Assembly: GCA_041665885.1 (NCBI GenBank)
Contig: JBAYHY010000002.1
Span: forward strand, 19,129 to 83,128
Origin: Minisyncoccota bacterium
Lineage (GTDB): Bacteria > Patescibacteriota > Minisyncoccia > Phycocordibacterales > UBA9973
Length of the DNA stretch: 64,000 nt
Direction: 5' to 3'
The notes below the pieces were generated by a model. The model made no database searches, was not told the DNA's origin, and saw only the letters and a program-made list of their open reading frames with translations. Shown piece after piece: positions 44,110 to 53,538 of the stretch. Position numbers and translations under genes: made by a program. Every line of letters starts with the position of its first letter. Within the stretch, counting starts at the first letter, position 1.

Positions 44110-45849
44110 CTAATAAACCTCCTGCTGGTAGCAACTCTCGCAATAGACTATTTCTGCTCGGTCGGGGGAGTAAGATGTTTCAAATTCATTTTTGCATTTT
44201 TTGTCACCATGGGTGTGGTTTTTCAACTCGCACATACAAGAGCGGCGCCACAGTGTTAGGGGATTTTTTTGTTTTAGCCTGTTGTAGTGTCGGCAATTTG
44301 GACACAATCTAGGTAATGGCAGGTCCATGCGTTTGTAAAACTGAAGCTCGTCGGGAGTTATTTTGAAAGCCTCGGTGCACACAGCCTCACAGTTTGCTTC
44401 TTCGTGATTATTTTTGTCGTGATGGGCGCAACCTATTACTTTTTCTAATATTTCCTCGCTAACGTTATCAGACAAATCTTCCGCTTTTATGTCGATTTTA
44501 TAATTTCTGGTTTCTTTTTCTTTCCATGGATACCCATTTTTAAGTGCCTCATCGTGGGTCAATGGAAAATTTTCTTGTACAGCTGTTTCGTTGTAGCAAA
44601 AAGGGGAGAATTCTGATGGGAAGAAATCACCATATACAAAGCTCTTACCATTTTTATCTTTATACGGCATGTCTTTCATGTGTTGTTTTATTTTTGGTAT
44701 TAATTCTTCATATTTCTCTTTAGTATATTGCTTATTTAAAATACAATATTTTTTCTTTTTTAGGCCTACACAACCAAACAAGTTGTCGACATTTTCGCAG
44801 GTATCACAATAAAAGGTATCAAAACAATGCCAGGCACAATAGCAACTGTGCGCGTTATTCAAGCTAATTGCGCTAACTATCTCGTGAGAAAGTTCACAAT
44901 TATCTACAACGACGTAACCATCCATGCAATCTTTCGCCTTATTACCATAATTTACATAATTACAATTTTCCAATAGATCAGAATTAAAAATATTATGAGA
45001 ATTTTTTGAACCAAAGATATAATCTCCTGAAATATCTATATTTTGCAGGCCGTGAACATACTTGACTGGGAAATTAAGCCAAAATTTCTTAGCCTTTTCC
45101 CTTGTTTCCATCATGTTTTTATACAAAGAAAACCCAATTTTTTCTTTTTCTTTCAAATACTCTTCTTTTGAGTATTGTTTGTTAAAAATACAATATTGTT
45201 GATTGCGTAAATTTACCGAAGCGATGCAGTCATGGCAATTTGAGCAATTTTTACAAAAATATAAATCCTGGGAATTTGAACAATCTTCTGAGAAGAGAAC
45301 ACGATAAGATTTTTTGCAGGTTATAGAATCATATAAAAATTCACATTCAGTAGAATTTAGAGAATCCATTGTATTTTTACAATTAAAAATATTGTGAGAA
45401 TACAGTGAGTCCTCGTTATGGTCGCTTACAAATATTAAATAACAATTTTTATTATAAGCAGCACCATTTACATAGTCGCTATTGTGGTTTTGAAAAACAA
45501 AAGCGTATAAACGGGGCACTTTTAGTTGAAGTTCACGAAATTGTTGTAAAAAAGGTTTTGAAAAATCTAAATCTAAACCATAGTCCGTTGCGTTCCAACC
45601 ATCTCCGTGGAAGCACTCATTGCAATAAACCTTGTATGGTTTGTCCTCGGAATATATAGTAATAATGTTTTTTTGGCACAGGTCGCATGTTCTTTTATAG
45701 AGACTTCTCTCGTTTCTCCAGTTCATTTTATTTTGCATTCTGCAGGTTGGACAGTAATTGGGCGTTTCAGTTTCTATTTTGGAATAAAAACCCAGCTCAT
45801 CTTTGGTGATTTCGAAATCCTTTTTACAGTTTTGGCAAATTTTTTGCAT
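44110..45849 (-). CDS. large Cys-rich protein with duplicated N- and C-terminal zinc-ribbon modules (MJ0042-like CxxC...F.IT.DEL.FY...CPxCR) and a repetitive Cys-containing middle region
   Basis: N-terminus ICQNCKKDFEITKDELGFY..YCPTCR. C-terminus CTEAFKITPDELQFYKRMDLPLPRLCPNCR. About 20 C..C / NC..C repeats between. Confidence 0.4.
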   Translation of the reverse strand: MQKICQNCKKDFEITKDELGFYSKIETETPNYCPTCRMQNKMNWRNERSLYKRTCDLCQKNIITIYSEDKPYKVYCNECFHGDGWNATDYGLDLDFSKPFLQQFRELQLKVPRLYAFVFQNHNSDYVNGAAYNKNCYLIFVSDHNEDSLYSHNIFNCKNTMDSLNSTECEFLYDSITCKKSYRVLFSEDCSNSQDLYFCKNCSNCHDCIASVNLRNQQYCIFNKQYSKEEYLKEKEKIGFSLYKNMMETREKAKKFWLNFPVKYVHGLQNIDISGDYIFGSKNSHNIFNSDLLENCNYVNYGNKAKDCMDGYVVVDNCELSHEIVSAISLNNAHSCYCAWHCFDTFYCDTCENVDNLFGCVGLKKKKYCILNKQYTKEKYEELIPKIKQHMKDMPYKDKNGKSFVYGDFFPSEFSPFCYNETAVQENFPLTHDEALKNGYPWKEKETRNYKIDIKAEDLSDNVSEEILEKVIGCAHHDKNNHEEANCEAVCTEAFKITPDELQFYKRMDLPLPRLCPNCRHYNRLKQKNPLTLWRRSCMCELKNHTHGDKKCKNEFETSYSPDRAEIVYCESCYQQEVY

Positions 45850-45976
45850 ATAATTTTATAATTATAACAATAAGTATGATTTTTCGCTCTTTTGAGCTCA
45901 TCAGTTAGGACACACATCCTAAAAAATCGGTTCGTATCGTGAACCACACGGATAGTTTTCGATATCAGCGATTATA

Positions 45977-46723
45977 TTAGTTTATCTTGGAGAGAGCTTC
46001 GCGTGTTTTTTGGATTCCTTTTTCCAGTCGTTCTCGCTTCCTGTCTTGCGCTGAGGGGAGTTCACTTTCCAGTTTGCTCAACTGCTTGGCGAGCAGATCC
46101 ATCTTGGTTTCATTGAACTCGCTGATGTCTGCACCAAGTTTTTGAAGTTGCTCGATGTTGTTTTGAAACTCGCTTAAATCAACGAGTTCGGTTTGGGCGT
46201 CGTTGTCCCAACATAATGGTGCAGGCTGTCGAAGTTTCCAGAGAAGGAATTCCTTCTCAGTGTCGAAGCGGTGTGTTTTGATGCGTGCAGGAATTTTTTT
46301 CATCCAACGTAGGTTTTCGGCCGTAAGATGAAAGTCGGCTGGTTCGTCGTCGAACTTCGCATATCGCACGAAGTCATCGACGAGTCGATCTGAGCAGTTG
46401 GGGTCGCGAAGCTCATTGGCTCCCATGAAGGACACCCTGTTGAACCTCTTGATCCACCCATCCATTCGCCGTTTCCAGAGAATGTGCGTGAAATGCGAAA
46501 GGCTGTGTACCCAGTAGCCATGCTGCTCGTGGCGATTCTCTCGCGTGCCGAGGAAAGCCTCGAGCGCCGCCTCCACCAAATCCGGCATGGATTTCTCCTC
46601 GCGCAGAACTACGAAGACAAACTCCTCGCTTTCATGATAGTTCTTTGTGCCCCTAACCATTTCAATGGCTTGGTTTGTTTTTCCGTCTTGAATGAGTCCC
46701 GTCAATTGGTCGTTCATTGTCAT
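45977..46723 (-). CDS. hypothetical protein (248 aa) in a GC-rich island, C-terminal coiled coil
   Basis: Local GC ~50% against ~35% in the flanks; codon usage unlike its neighbours. Overlaps the next gene by 4 nt, so likely an operon. Confidence 0.4.
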   Translation of the reverse strand: MTMNDQLTGLIQDGKTNQAIEMVRGTKNYHESEEFVFVVLREEKSMPDLVEAALEAFLGTRENRHEQHGYWVHSLSHFTHILWKRRMDGWIKRFNRVSFMGANELRDPNCSDRLVDDFVRYAKFDDEPADFHLTAENLRWMKKIPARIKTHRFDTEKEFLLWKLRQPAPLCWDNDAQTELVDLSEFQNNIEQLQKLGADISEFNETKMDLLAKQLSKLESELPSAQDRKRERLEKGIQKTREALSKIN

Positions 46724-47088
46724 CTCCTTTGAGTGAGGTTGCCTACGATCATTTTCAGATCGCTGGAGTTTCTGTTTGCTGTTCCGTCAACTTCCACGCC
46801 AACTTGATTGAACTGTTCTGCACCACCTCCACTGTTGGCGATGATGTTGCCGTTGTATCCTCCTTGACGGAGAGAACGGACAACATCAGCTCCGGTAATG
46901 TTTGTTTTTCCTAATCCATAACCCACAAGCACGACATCCGGTTCGAGGGCATTCACCATCTGGCAAGTTCGTTCGACAGAATCGAACTGTTCCAGGGGTA
47001 ACAGCTCATGGTTGCTTGCACAACCAGAGAGTTGCCATTGGCGGATTATTTCATTGGGTCGGTCGTCTATGAAAAAAACTCGCATCAT
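46720..47088 (-). CDS. stand-alone receiver (REC/CheY-like) domain protein in the GC-rich island
   Basis: MRVFFIDDRP..(Asp pocket)...DVVLVGYGLGKTNITGADVVRSL...NIIANSGG resembles a response-regulator receiver domain. Confidence 0.4.
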   Translation of the reverse strand: MMRVFFIDDRPNEIIRQWQLSGCASNHELLPLEQFDSVERTCQMVNALEPDVVLVGYGLGKTNITGADVVRSLRQGGYNGNIIANSGGGAEQFNQVGVEVDGTANRNSSDLKMIVGNLTQRR

Positions 47089-47229
47089 TTTTCTCTCCTT
47101 TCAAAAAACATTTTTCCTCTGAAAGTATAGCATATTAAAAATAATTGTCAAGAAATATAATCAAAATTTATTCAAAATAGTTTATTTTTAAAGCTTTAAA
47201 ATAGATAGTAAAAATTTTGTTCATACATA

Positions 47230-47257
47230 TTGACAAGTTTATAGGCATTATTATATA
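47230..47257 (+). promoter_or_regulatory. sigma70-like promoter TTGACA-16-TATATA placing the TSS at or next to the trmB-like ATG (leaderless)
   Basis: The -10 ends 10 nt before ATG 47268. Confidence 0.4.
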
Positions 47258-47267
47258 CTTAGAATAT

Positions 47268-48041
47268 ATGAATGAGAATTTAAGTTTTAAAAAATCTTTA
47301 GAATATATTGGTTTTAGCGAGAAGGAGGTTTTAGTATATTTAGCACTGCTAGAAATAGGCAGAGGGACAGTTACACAAATTTCTCGCAGGGCCGGAATTA
47401 ATCGCCCAACGGGGTATCATGTTTTGGCTTCACTTGAGGCAAAAGAGTTAATAAAAATTTCTGGCAAGGAGCCAAAACAAGAATATTTAGCAGAATCCCC
47501 AGAGCAAATTGAAAAATTACTTTTTAAAAAAATTGAAAATGACCAGGCCTTTATAGAGGAAGCAAGAAAAATTATTCCGGAATTGAAATCAATTCACAAT
47601 GTTGCTGATCGGCCCAGGGTTATGTTTTATGAAGGCAAGGAAGGAATTAAAAAAGTTTACGAGGATACACTGAGTTCAACTGAGCCAATACGAGCCTACG
47701 CCAGCGTAGGAGATATGCACGCTGGATTGCCAGGATATTTTCCAGATTATTATAAAAGAAGGGTTGGTAAGGGTATTTCAATACGAGCAATTGTGCCAAA
47801 AACAGAAGCAGGGATAGAACGTAAAAATTTAGATAGTAAAGAAATGAGGGAGACGGCATTGGTGCCTAAAGATGTTTTTAATTTCCACCCAGAAATAAAC
47901 ATTTATGACGACAAGGTGATGATTGCTTCTTGGCGGGAAAAACTAGGCATTATTATCGAGAGTACTGAAATAGCCGAGGCAATGAAAAAAATATACGAAC
48001 TTGCTTGGGCAGAGGCAAAAAGATTGGAAAAAAACAATTAG
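47268..48041 (+). CDS. TrmB-family HTH transcriptional regulator (start refined to MNENLSF)
   Basis: ..LEYIGFSEKEVLVYLALLEIGRGTVTQISRRAGINRPTGYHVLASLEAKELI matches the TrmB N-terminal winged helix. Confidence 0.55.
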   Translation: MNENLSFKKSLEYIGFSEKEVLVYLALLEIGRGTVTQISRRAGINRPTGYHVLASLEAKELIKISGKEPKQEYLAESPEQIEKLLFKKIENDQAFIEEARKIIPELKSIHNVADRPRVMFYEGKEGIKKVYEDTLSSTEPIRAYASVGDMHAGLPGYFPDYYKRRVGKGISIRAIVPKTEAGIERKNLDSKEMRETALVPKDVFNFHPEINIYDDKVMIASWREKLGIIIESTEIAEAMKKIYELAWAEAKRLEKNN

Positions 48042-48718
48042 TCCGCAAAATGGCCCTTGGTGTCTTCGCCAAAGAAGAGATGGTGGAGATTTTTTAGGGC
48101 ACTTTCGAAAAGGCGGGTGCTGTAGGAAGAAAGGTTAAAAATTACTGCCAGGGTAAGCAGGACAATAGCAAACTCAATACTTATATAACTAAAGGGGATG
48201 GCGAGAAGAGCAAAAAATACCGGAACAAGGGTGCGAATGGTGCTACCACGGATTTCTCTTTTGCTTATTTCTGGATTTTGAATATGGGGGGAAAAGAGAA
48301 CGTATCTGCGCATCCAATACAAAGTAAGACCAATAAGAATGGTGTGAACGCCGAAGATTATTACCGATAATTCATTCTTGTTATATTGACCGAGGACGCT
48401 AGCGGAAAAGGGGACCAAGCTTATCAACATGAAAAATAGAGCATTAATATTGGTGAGCATTGGGTCCACGTTTTTCGCATAGACAGAAACGAAAAAGTGA
48501 TGGGCTCGCCAATAGGTAAAAAGAATGGCAAAACTTAGGACGTAACTCAAAAGGAGGGGAAAGAGCTTTTCGAGTTGGAGCCAAAGCCCCATATTGTCTA
48601 TCGGCCCCCAAATAGCTGGTAATCTTATCTCAAAAACGAGAATCGTCATCACTATCGCGAAGATGCTATCGGATAGTTGATCTAATCTTGCGTGGTTCAT
48701 ATGTAAATAATAGCACAC
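48038..48718 (-). CDS. DUF1211/TMEM175-like membrane protein (putative K+ channel family)
   Basis: RLDQLSDSIFAIVMTILVFEI at TM1 (the R.e.fSDgvfAIaiTLLvlei signature); six TM helices. Confidence 0.5.
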   Translation of the reverse strand: MCYYLHMNHARLDQLSDSIFAIVMTILVFEIRLPAIWGPIDNMGLWLQLEKLFPLLLSYVLSFAILFTYWRAHHFFVSVYAKNVDPMLTNINALFFMLISLVPFSASVLGQYNKNELSVIIFGVHTILIGLTLYWMRRYVLFSPHIQNPEISKREIRGSTIRTLVPVFFALLAIPFSYISIEFAIVLLTLAVIFNLSSYSTRLFESALKNLHHLFFGEDTKGHFAD

Positions 48719-48771
48719 AATTTACCGCATTATCAATTTTTGCTCAACAACAGATTAAAAACAAATGTTTA

Positions 48772-48837
48772 TTCACCACGAAAATTTTCTGCTAAAAATT
48801 TTCTCTGTCCGTCGCCGTCGCTCCTCCCAAGGGTTCA
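48772..48837. repeat. Type 1 palindromic element, truncated intergenic copy (A), between the divergent TMEM175-like and murI genes
   Basis: ttcaccacgaaaattttctgctaaaaattttctctgtccgtcgccgtcgctcctcccaagggttca. Confidence 0.65.
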
Positions 48838-48876
48838 TAAATATTCGTTTTTAATCTGCCATGTTATATTGTAAGT

Positions 48877-49743
48877 ATGAAAAAAAGAGAAGGAATGAAT
48901 CCCGTTAGGGGCCGCGAGGGCTCGCAGCGACCCTCTGCCTCTAACGGGATGAAAATCGGGATTTTTGATTCAGGACTTGGTGGACTAATAGTCACCAGGT
49001 CAATCGTGAAAGCGATGCCGGAATATGATTATGTATATTTGGGGGACACCAAAAGAGTGCCCTATGGCAACCGTTCTCATGATGCAGTTTTTGAATTTAC
49101 CAGAGAATGTGTGGACTATCTTTTTCGTAAAGAAAATTGCGCGATAGTGGTCGTGGCTTGCAACACCGCTTCGGCCAGAGCGCTCCGAAGAATTCAGCAG
49201 GAATATTTACCGAAAAATTTCCCGGAGAGAAAGGTCCTGGGGGTTTTAATTCCTGCGGCGGAAGAGTGTGTAAAATTTAAAAGAATTGGAGTTTTAGGAA
49301 CTGCGGGCACGGTTGCCTCGAATACTTTCCTGAGAGAAATTCTCAAGTTAAATAAAAAAGTGAGGATTTTTCAAAACGCGGCCCCGATGTTGGTGCCCCT
49401 GGCAGAAGAAGGGGAGGAGAAAAACGTGGCCCCATTTATAAAAAAATACTTACAGCCGTTCTTAAACAAAAAATTAGATGTTTTGGTTTTGGGTTGTACT
49501 CATTATCCTTTATTTAAAAGCCAAATTAAAAAGTTGTTACCGGGCGGCGTGAAAATTATTTCCCAGGATGAAATAATACCAAGAAAATTAAAAGATTATT
49601 TGATAAGACATACTGAAATTAGGGCAAGACTTTCCCAAAAGGGAACTAGAAAGATTTTAGTAACCGATATAACAAAAAACGTAGAAAAACTTTCCCAAAA
49701 ATGGTTTGGGCCGAAGGCAAAACCTAAATTAGTAGAAGTATAA
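48877..49743 (+). CDS. murI: glutamate racemase, with a 24-aa N-terminal extension encoded by a GC-rich palindrome (conserved start probably at 48949, MKIGIF)
   Basis: MKIGIFDSGLGGLIV..., ..VVACNTAS.., ..LGCTHYP... Extension MKKREGMNPVRGREGSQRPSASNG is encoded by the palindrome at 48898..48952. Confidence 0.9.
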   Translation: MKKREGMNPVRGREGSQRPSASNGMKIGIFDSGLGGLIVTRSIVKAMPEYDYVYLGDTKRVPYGNRSHDAVFEFTRECVDYLFRKENCAIVVVACNTASARALRRIQQEYLPKNFPERKVLGVLIPAAEECVKFKRIGVLGTAGTVASNTFLREILKLNKKVRIFQNAAPMLVPLAEEGEEKNVAPFIKKYLQPFLNKKLDVLVLGCTHYPLFKSQIKKLLPGGVKIISQDEIIPRKLKDYLIRHTEIRARLSQKGTRKILVTDITKNVEKLSQKWFGPKAKPKLVEV

Positions 49744-49875
49744 AAAACTCGTCGCAGGTGTAGTTTTTATGAAACATTGCGCAGGCGGGTAGCCGAGCAT
49801 AGTAAATTTTCAGTAGAAAATTATACGTGTTGAACAAAAACTATACAAAGAAAGAGTTTTGTAACTACAACGAGT

Positions 49876-50640
49876 TTATAATTCAATCCAAATAGGGCAA
49901 TGGTCTGAGCCGTAATATTTGTTTAGCATACCGACTCCTTTGATTTTGGGAACGATTTTTGTGTCAGCGAAAAAATAATCCAACCGCCAGCCGACATTTC
50001 GGTCTCGGGAGCGAGTTTTTTGATCCCAGTAAGTGTAAGCACCTATTTTATCCGGATAAAAAATTCGAAAAGTGTCGGCAAAGTTATTTTTAATTACTTT
50101 ATCAATCCAGGCGCGCTCAATGGGCAGGAAGCCAGTGTTTTCCACGTTTTCCTTGGGCCTGGCTAGGTCTACCGCCCTGTGGGCGGTGTTTACGTCCCCG
50201 CAGAAAATTACCTTTTCACTATTCTTGCGAAGTTTCAAAATGAATTTTAAAAAAGCGTCGTAAAATTCTAATTTATATTTTAACCTTTCCGGGCCCTGGC
50301 CCCCATTCGGAAAATATCCGTTGATAATAGTAAAATTTTTGAATTTGACCCCGATCAACCGTCCCTCGTCGTCTAGTTTTTTGATTCCCATTCCGTAAAA
50401 AACTTCTTTTGGTTTTTCTTTGGTATAAATTGCTACTCCGCTGTAGCCTTTTTTTGTTTTGGGATGCGAAAAATAGGAAAAATAGCCAGGAATGTTTTTA
50501 ACTTCTTCCGGCAATTGTGCTGGCTCTGCTTTGGTTTCTTGTAAACACAAAACATCGGGGCGCTCATCAAAAAGAGGAGTAAAAAATCCTTGTTTGGCGG
50601 TGGCCCGCAGGCCGTTTGTGTTCCAGGAAAGTATTTTCAT
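49876..50640 (-). CDS. xth: exodeoxyribonuclease III / AP endonuclease
   Basis: MKILSWNTNGLRA..PDVLCLQETKA, ..GDVNTAHRAVD.., C-terminal ..SDHCPIWIEL. Confidence 0.9.
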   Translation of the reverse strand: MKILSWNTNGLRATAKQGFFTPLFDERPDVLCLQETKAEPAQLPEEVKNIPGYFSYFSHPKTKKGYSGVAIYTKEKPKEVFYGMGIKKLDDEGRLIGVKFKNFTIINGYFPNGGQGPERLKYKLEFYDAFLKFILKLRKNSEKVIFCGDVNTAHRAVDLARPKENVENTGFLPIERAWIDKVIKNNFADTFRIFYPDKIGAYTYWDQKTRSRDRNVGWRLDYFFADTKIVPKIKGVGMLNKYYGSDHCPIWIEL

Positions 50641-50649
50641 TTGGTTTTG

Positions 50650-51300
50650 CTATTTATTTTTTTGGAAAAGTGTTTCGAGCAATACCACTCCGTCGTTTTT
50701 GGTGGCAAGGCTTGTTCCTTGAGAAATCGTTTCTAATTTTCCCGAAAAAACACTTTTCATTTCAGCCTTTTCAAAAAAATGATAATGAATTCCGTATTTT
50801 TCAAAATCTTTCTCGGTGCTACCCTTGGGCGAGAATTCGAAAAAATGGCCTGTCTCGGCGGAAAGAGAAACATTAAAATAAAAACCACCCGGCTTCAGAA
50901 CTCGATTTACTTCACTCGCATATTTTTCCCAATCGTTTTTGTATAAAGTTTCGAAAAGGCCGAAATCACAAGCTGCGTCAAAACTAGCGTCTGGAAAGGG
51001 AATAGATAGAGCGTCCGCTTCTACGAATTTTACCCGGCCCTCGAGTTTCCAGTCCATGATGTCGCCGTTTGCTTTGTTAACAATGTCGCCGTCAAAATCA
51101 ATGCCGATTACCTTGAAGCCCATTTCAGCTAAATGTTTTGCCAAAAAACCACGTCCTGAGCCAATGTCTAGGATATATGCATTGGGGGATAGTTTTTCCG
51201 TGAGTTTTAAGCTTTCTCTGTCGGTGTATGGGTGGGTCCAAGCATCTGTTCCGGTTTTATAAGCGGCGTTAAAATGTTTTTTGTGTTCTTGATAGTCCAT
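50650..51300 (-). CDS. class I SAM-dependent methyltransferase
   Basis: Motif I YILDIGSGRGFLAKHLAEMGFKVIGIDF. Confidence 0.75.
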   Translation of the reverse strand: MDYQEHKKHFNAAYKTGTDAWTHPYTDRESLKLTEKLSPNAYILDIGSGRGFLAKHLAEMGFKVIGIDFDGDIVNKANGDIMDWKLEGRVKFVEADALSIPFPDASFDAACDFGLFETLYKNDWEKYASEVNRVLKPGGFYFNVSLSAETGHFFEFSPKGSTEKDFEKYGIHYHFFEKAEMKSVFSGKLETISQGTSLATKNDGVVLLETLFQKNK

Positions 51301-51361
51301 ATATTTATTATACCCGGTAGTGAGATTTTTAACAAAATTCTACTGCCGGGTTATACTATTT

Positions 51362-52282
51362 TTACCTTTTTGAATGAAATTTTTTATGAATGTCTCGCAA
51401 TTGTTTGTCTGTGACGTGGGTATATATTTGAGTTGTGCCGATGTTCGCATGGCCGAGCATCATCTGGACCGAGCGAAGGTCTGCTCCGTTGCCCAAGAGG
51501 TCCGTGGCGAACATGTGGCGCATTACGTGAGGGGTCACTTTTTTTGAAATACCAGCCTTGATTGCATGTTGTTTTACTATTCTTTCTATGGACCGGCGGG
51601 TTAGGGGAGTGTTGTTCGTTTTTTTTGAAATTTTATTGTCTATCTGTACAAAAAGTGCCTCGCTCATGTCTTTGCGGGCCGATAAATAATTTTTTACATA
51701 TTTTTTTGCCTCGTCTGAAATAAAAACTACTCGTATTTTTCCACCCTTGCCGCGGATAGACAATTCATCTGAATGTAAATCAATATCGGAATTTAGTGAA
51801 CATAGTTCTGAAACACGGAGCCCGGTAGAAAACAAAAGTTCTAAAATTGCTTTATCTCGCAAATCTTTTAAAGTATTTCCTTTAGGTGAGTCCAATAATC
51901 TAGAGAGTTCGGTGCGGGTGATGAGATCGAGAGAGCGTTCTCCGACCCTGGCTAATTCTATTTGTTCCGCGGACATACACTGGATGCCTCTTTTCGTTAG
52001 ATATTTTAAAAAAACTCGAAGAGCAATCATGTAATAGTTTTGGGTTTTTTTAGAAACAGTATCTCCGGTTCTGCGGTTGTTGCCGGTGACTTGTCTGTTT
52101 AGCCACAAGCGGAATTCTCTTACGGAAGAATCTGTAATATCCGGCGCTTCTGTTATTTTCCCGAATTCAAAATAGCGAGTGAGATAGTGTTCGTAATTTT
52201 CTATGGTTCGCAAAGCAGAACCTTTTTCAATTTCTAGATATTCGAGAAATTCACGCTTCAGTTTTTCGATTTCTGTCGCCAT
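51362..52282 (-). CDS. tyrosine recombinase, XerC/XerD family
   Basis: N-terminal SAM-like domain. Catalytic R..(ELSRL)..K..HVMRHMFAT..R..LGHANIGTTQIYTHV with the Tyr nucleophile. Confidence 0.85.
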   Translation of the reverse strand: MATEIEKLKREFLEYLEIEKGSALRTIENYEHYLTRYFEFGKITEAPDITDSSVREFRLWLNRQVTGNNRRTGDTVSKKTQNYYMIALRVFLKYLTKRGIQCMSAEQIELARVGERSLDLITRTELSRLLDSPKGNTLKDLRDKAILELLFSTGLRVSELCSLNSDIDLHSDELSIRGKGGKIRVVFISDEAKKYVKNYLSARKDMSEALFVQIDNKISKKTNNTPLTRRSIERIVKQHAIKAGISKKVTPHVMRHMFATDLLGNGADLRSVQMMLGHANIGTTQIYTHVTDKQLRDIHKKFHSKR

Positions 52283-52375
52283 AAGACAATTTTAGCACAC
52301 TATCAAATACCTGCCCCGTACCAAGCTTGCTTTGGTTCGGGGTTTGGCGACACGGCTGGGTTTTTCTTCCTGGGC

Positions 52376-52404
52376 TTGCAAATTATGGTAGTTTATGCTA
52401 ATAT
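52376..52404 (+). promoter_or_regulatory. sigma70-like promoter TTGCAA-17-TAATAT placing the TSS at the rpsO ATG (leaderless)
   Basis: The -10 ends 7 nt before ATG 52412. Confidence 0.4.
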
Positions 52405-52411
52405 AACAAGC

Positions 52412-52675
52412 ATGTTAGCAAAAAAGAAAAAACAAACAGTGATTAAGAAAAATCAGATTCACGAGACGGATACCGGTTCTCCGGAAGTGCAAGTGGCTGT
52501 TTTGTCTATGCAAATTGATGCTTTGGCTAAACATTTAAAGAAACACAAGAAGGATAACCATTCTCGCCGAGGACTAATCAAGATGGTGGCTGATAGACGT
52601 ACGCATTTGAAATATCTAGAACGCAAAGATAAGTCTCGCTACACTTCTCTAATGAAGAAAATGGATTTAGCCTAG
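52412..52675 (+). CDS. rpsO: 30S ribosomal protein S15 (start refined to MLAKKKK)
   Basis: ..GSPEVQVAVLSMQIDALAKHLKKHKKDNHSRRGLIKMVADRRTHLKYL matches S15. Confidence 0.9.
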   Translation: MLAKKKKQTVIKKNQIHETDTGSPEVQVAVLSMQIDALAKHLKKHKKDNHSRRGLIKMVADRRTHLKYLERKDKSRYTSLMKKMDLA

Positions 52676-52684
52676 TGTTTTCGT

Positions 52685-52804
52685 AAAATATTCTCGGACT
52701 CACCACAAAAATCTTCTGCTGAAGATTTTTTCTGTCCGGCGCCGTTCAGAAAATGTACTCCCAGCACATTTCTGCTACCAAGGGTTCGCTCGAGAATATT
52801 TTAC
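52685..52804. repeat. Type 1 palindromic element, full-length intergenic copy (E), with 15-bp TIRs and an extra internal hairpin, between rpsO and the NYN gene
   Basis: TIRs gtaaaatattctcgg ... cgagaatattttac. Core is homologous to the copies at 37249, 48772 and 62547. Confidence 0.7.
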
Positions 52805-52863
52805 TTCAACCGTGCTATAATCAACTAGGTTGAATTTTTAATATTTTTATAAGTAATTTTTAT

Positions 52864-53373
52864 ATGACAGTAATAAAACATAAAGAACAAAGAGTTGGGG
52901 TTTTTATTGATACGCAAAATTTATATCACTCTGCCCGCAACTTATATCAGGCACGAGTGAATTTCGGTGCGGTTTTGAAGGATGCGGTGGCGGGCAGGAA
53001 GCTCGTGCGGGCGGTGGCCTATGTGATTACCACGGAGGCCGGAGACGAAAAGAATTTTTTTGAGGCTTTGGAGAAACTTGGGATAGAAACAAAGACGAAG
53101 GATTTACAAATATTCGCAGGTGGAGCAAAAAAGGCGGACTGGGATGTCGGCCTAGCCGTAGATGCGATCAAAATGTCTCCCCGTCTAGACTCGGTGGTAA
53201 TTGTTTCCGGGGATGGTGATTTTATTCCATTAGTAGAATATTTACAGACCAATGGAGTGCAGGTGGAAGTCGTTTCCTTCGGCAAATCAACTTCCGGGAA
53301 ACTTCGTGAAGCAGTAGATGATTTTGTGGATCTTTCAGAAAATCCTAGAAAGTATTTAATGAACGTCAAATAA
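52864..53373 (+). CDS. NYN-domain (LabA/YacP-like) protein, predicted RNase
   Basis: ..RVGVFIDTQNLYHSAR...LVRAVAYV..DVGLAVDAI...VIVSGDGDFIPLV fits NYN. Confidence 0.65.
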   Translation: MTVIKHKEQRVGVFIDTQNLYHSARNLYQARVNFGAVLKDAVAGRKLVRAVAYVITTEAGDEKNFFEALEKLGIETKTKDLQIFAGGAKKADWDVGLAVDAIKMSPRLDSVVIVSGDGDFIPLVEYLQTNGVQVEVVSFGKSTSGKLREAVDDFVDLSENPRKYLMNVK

Positions 53374-53538
53374 TTCCTTACAAATTTTTGCTTTTTTTGA
53401 ATAAAATGCTAGGATAAACCTAGTATTTTATTAGTTAATCAGTTCGCGTTCAGACACATAGTAATGTTCTTCTTAAAGAACAATACTGCAGTTTGGACAC
53501 GAACCTATGTAAATTTACAAAATATCAACTTTCTTTCG

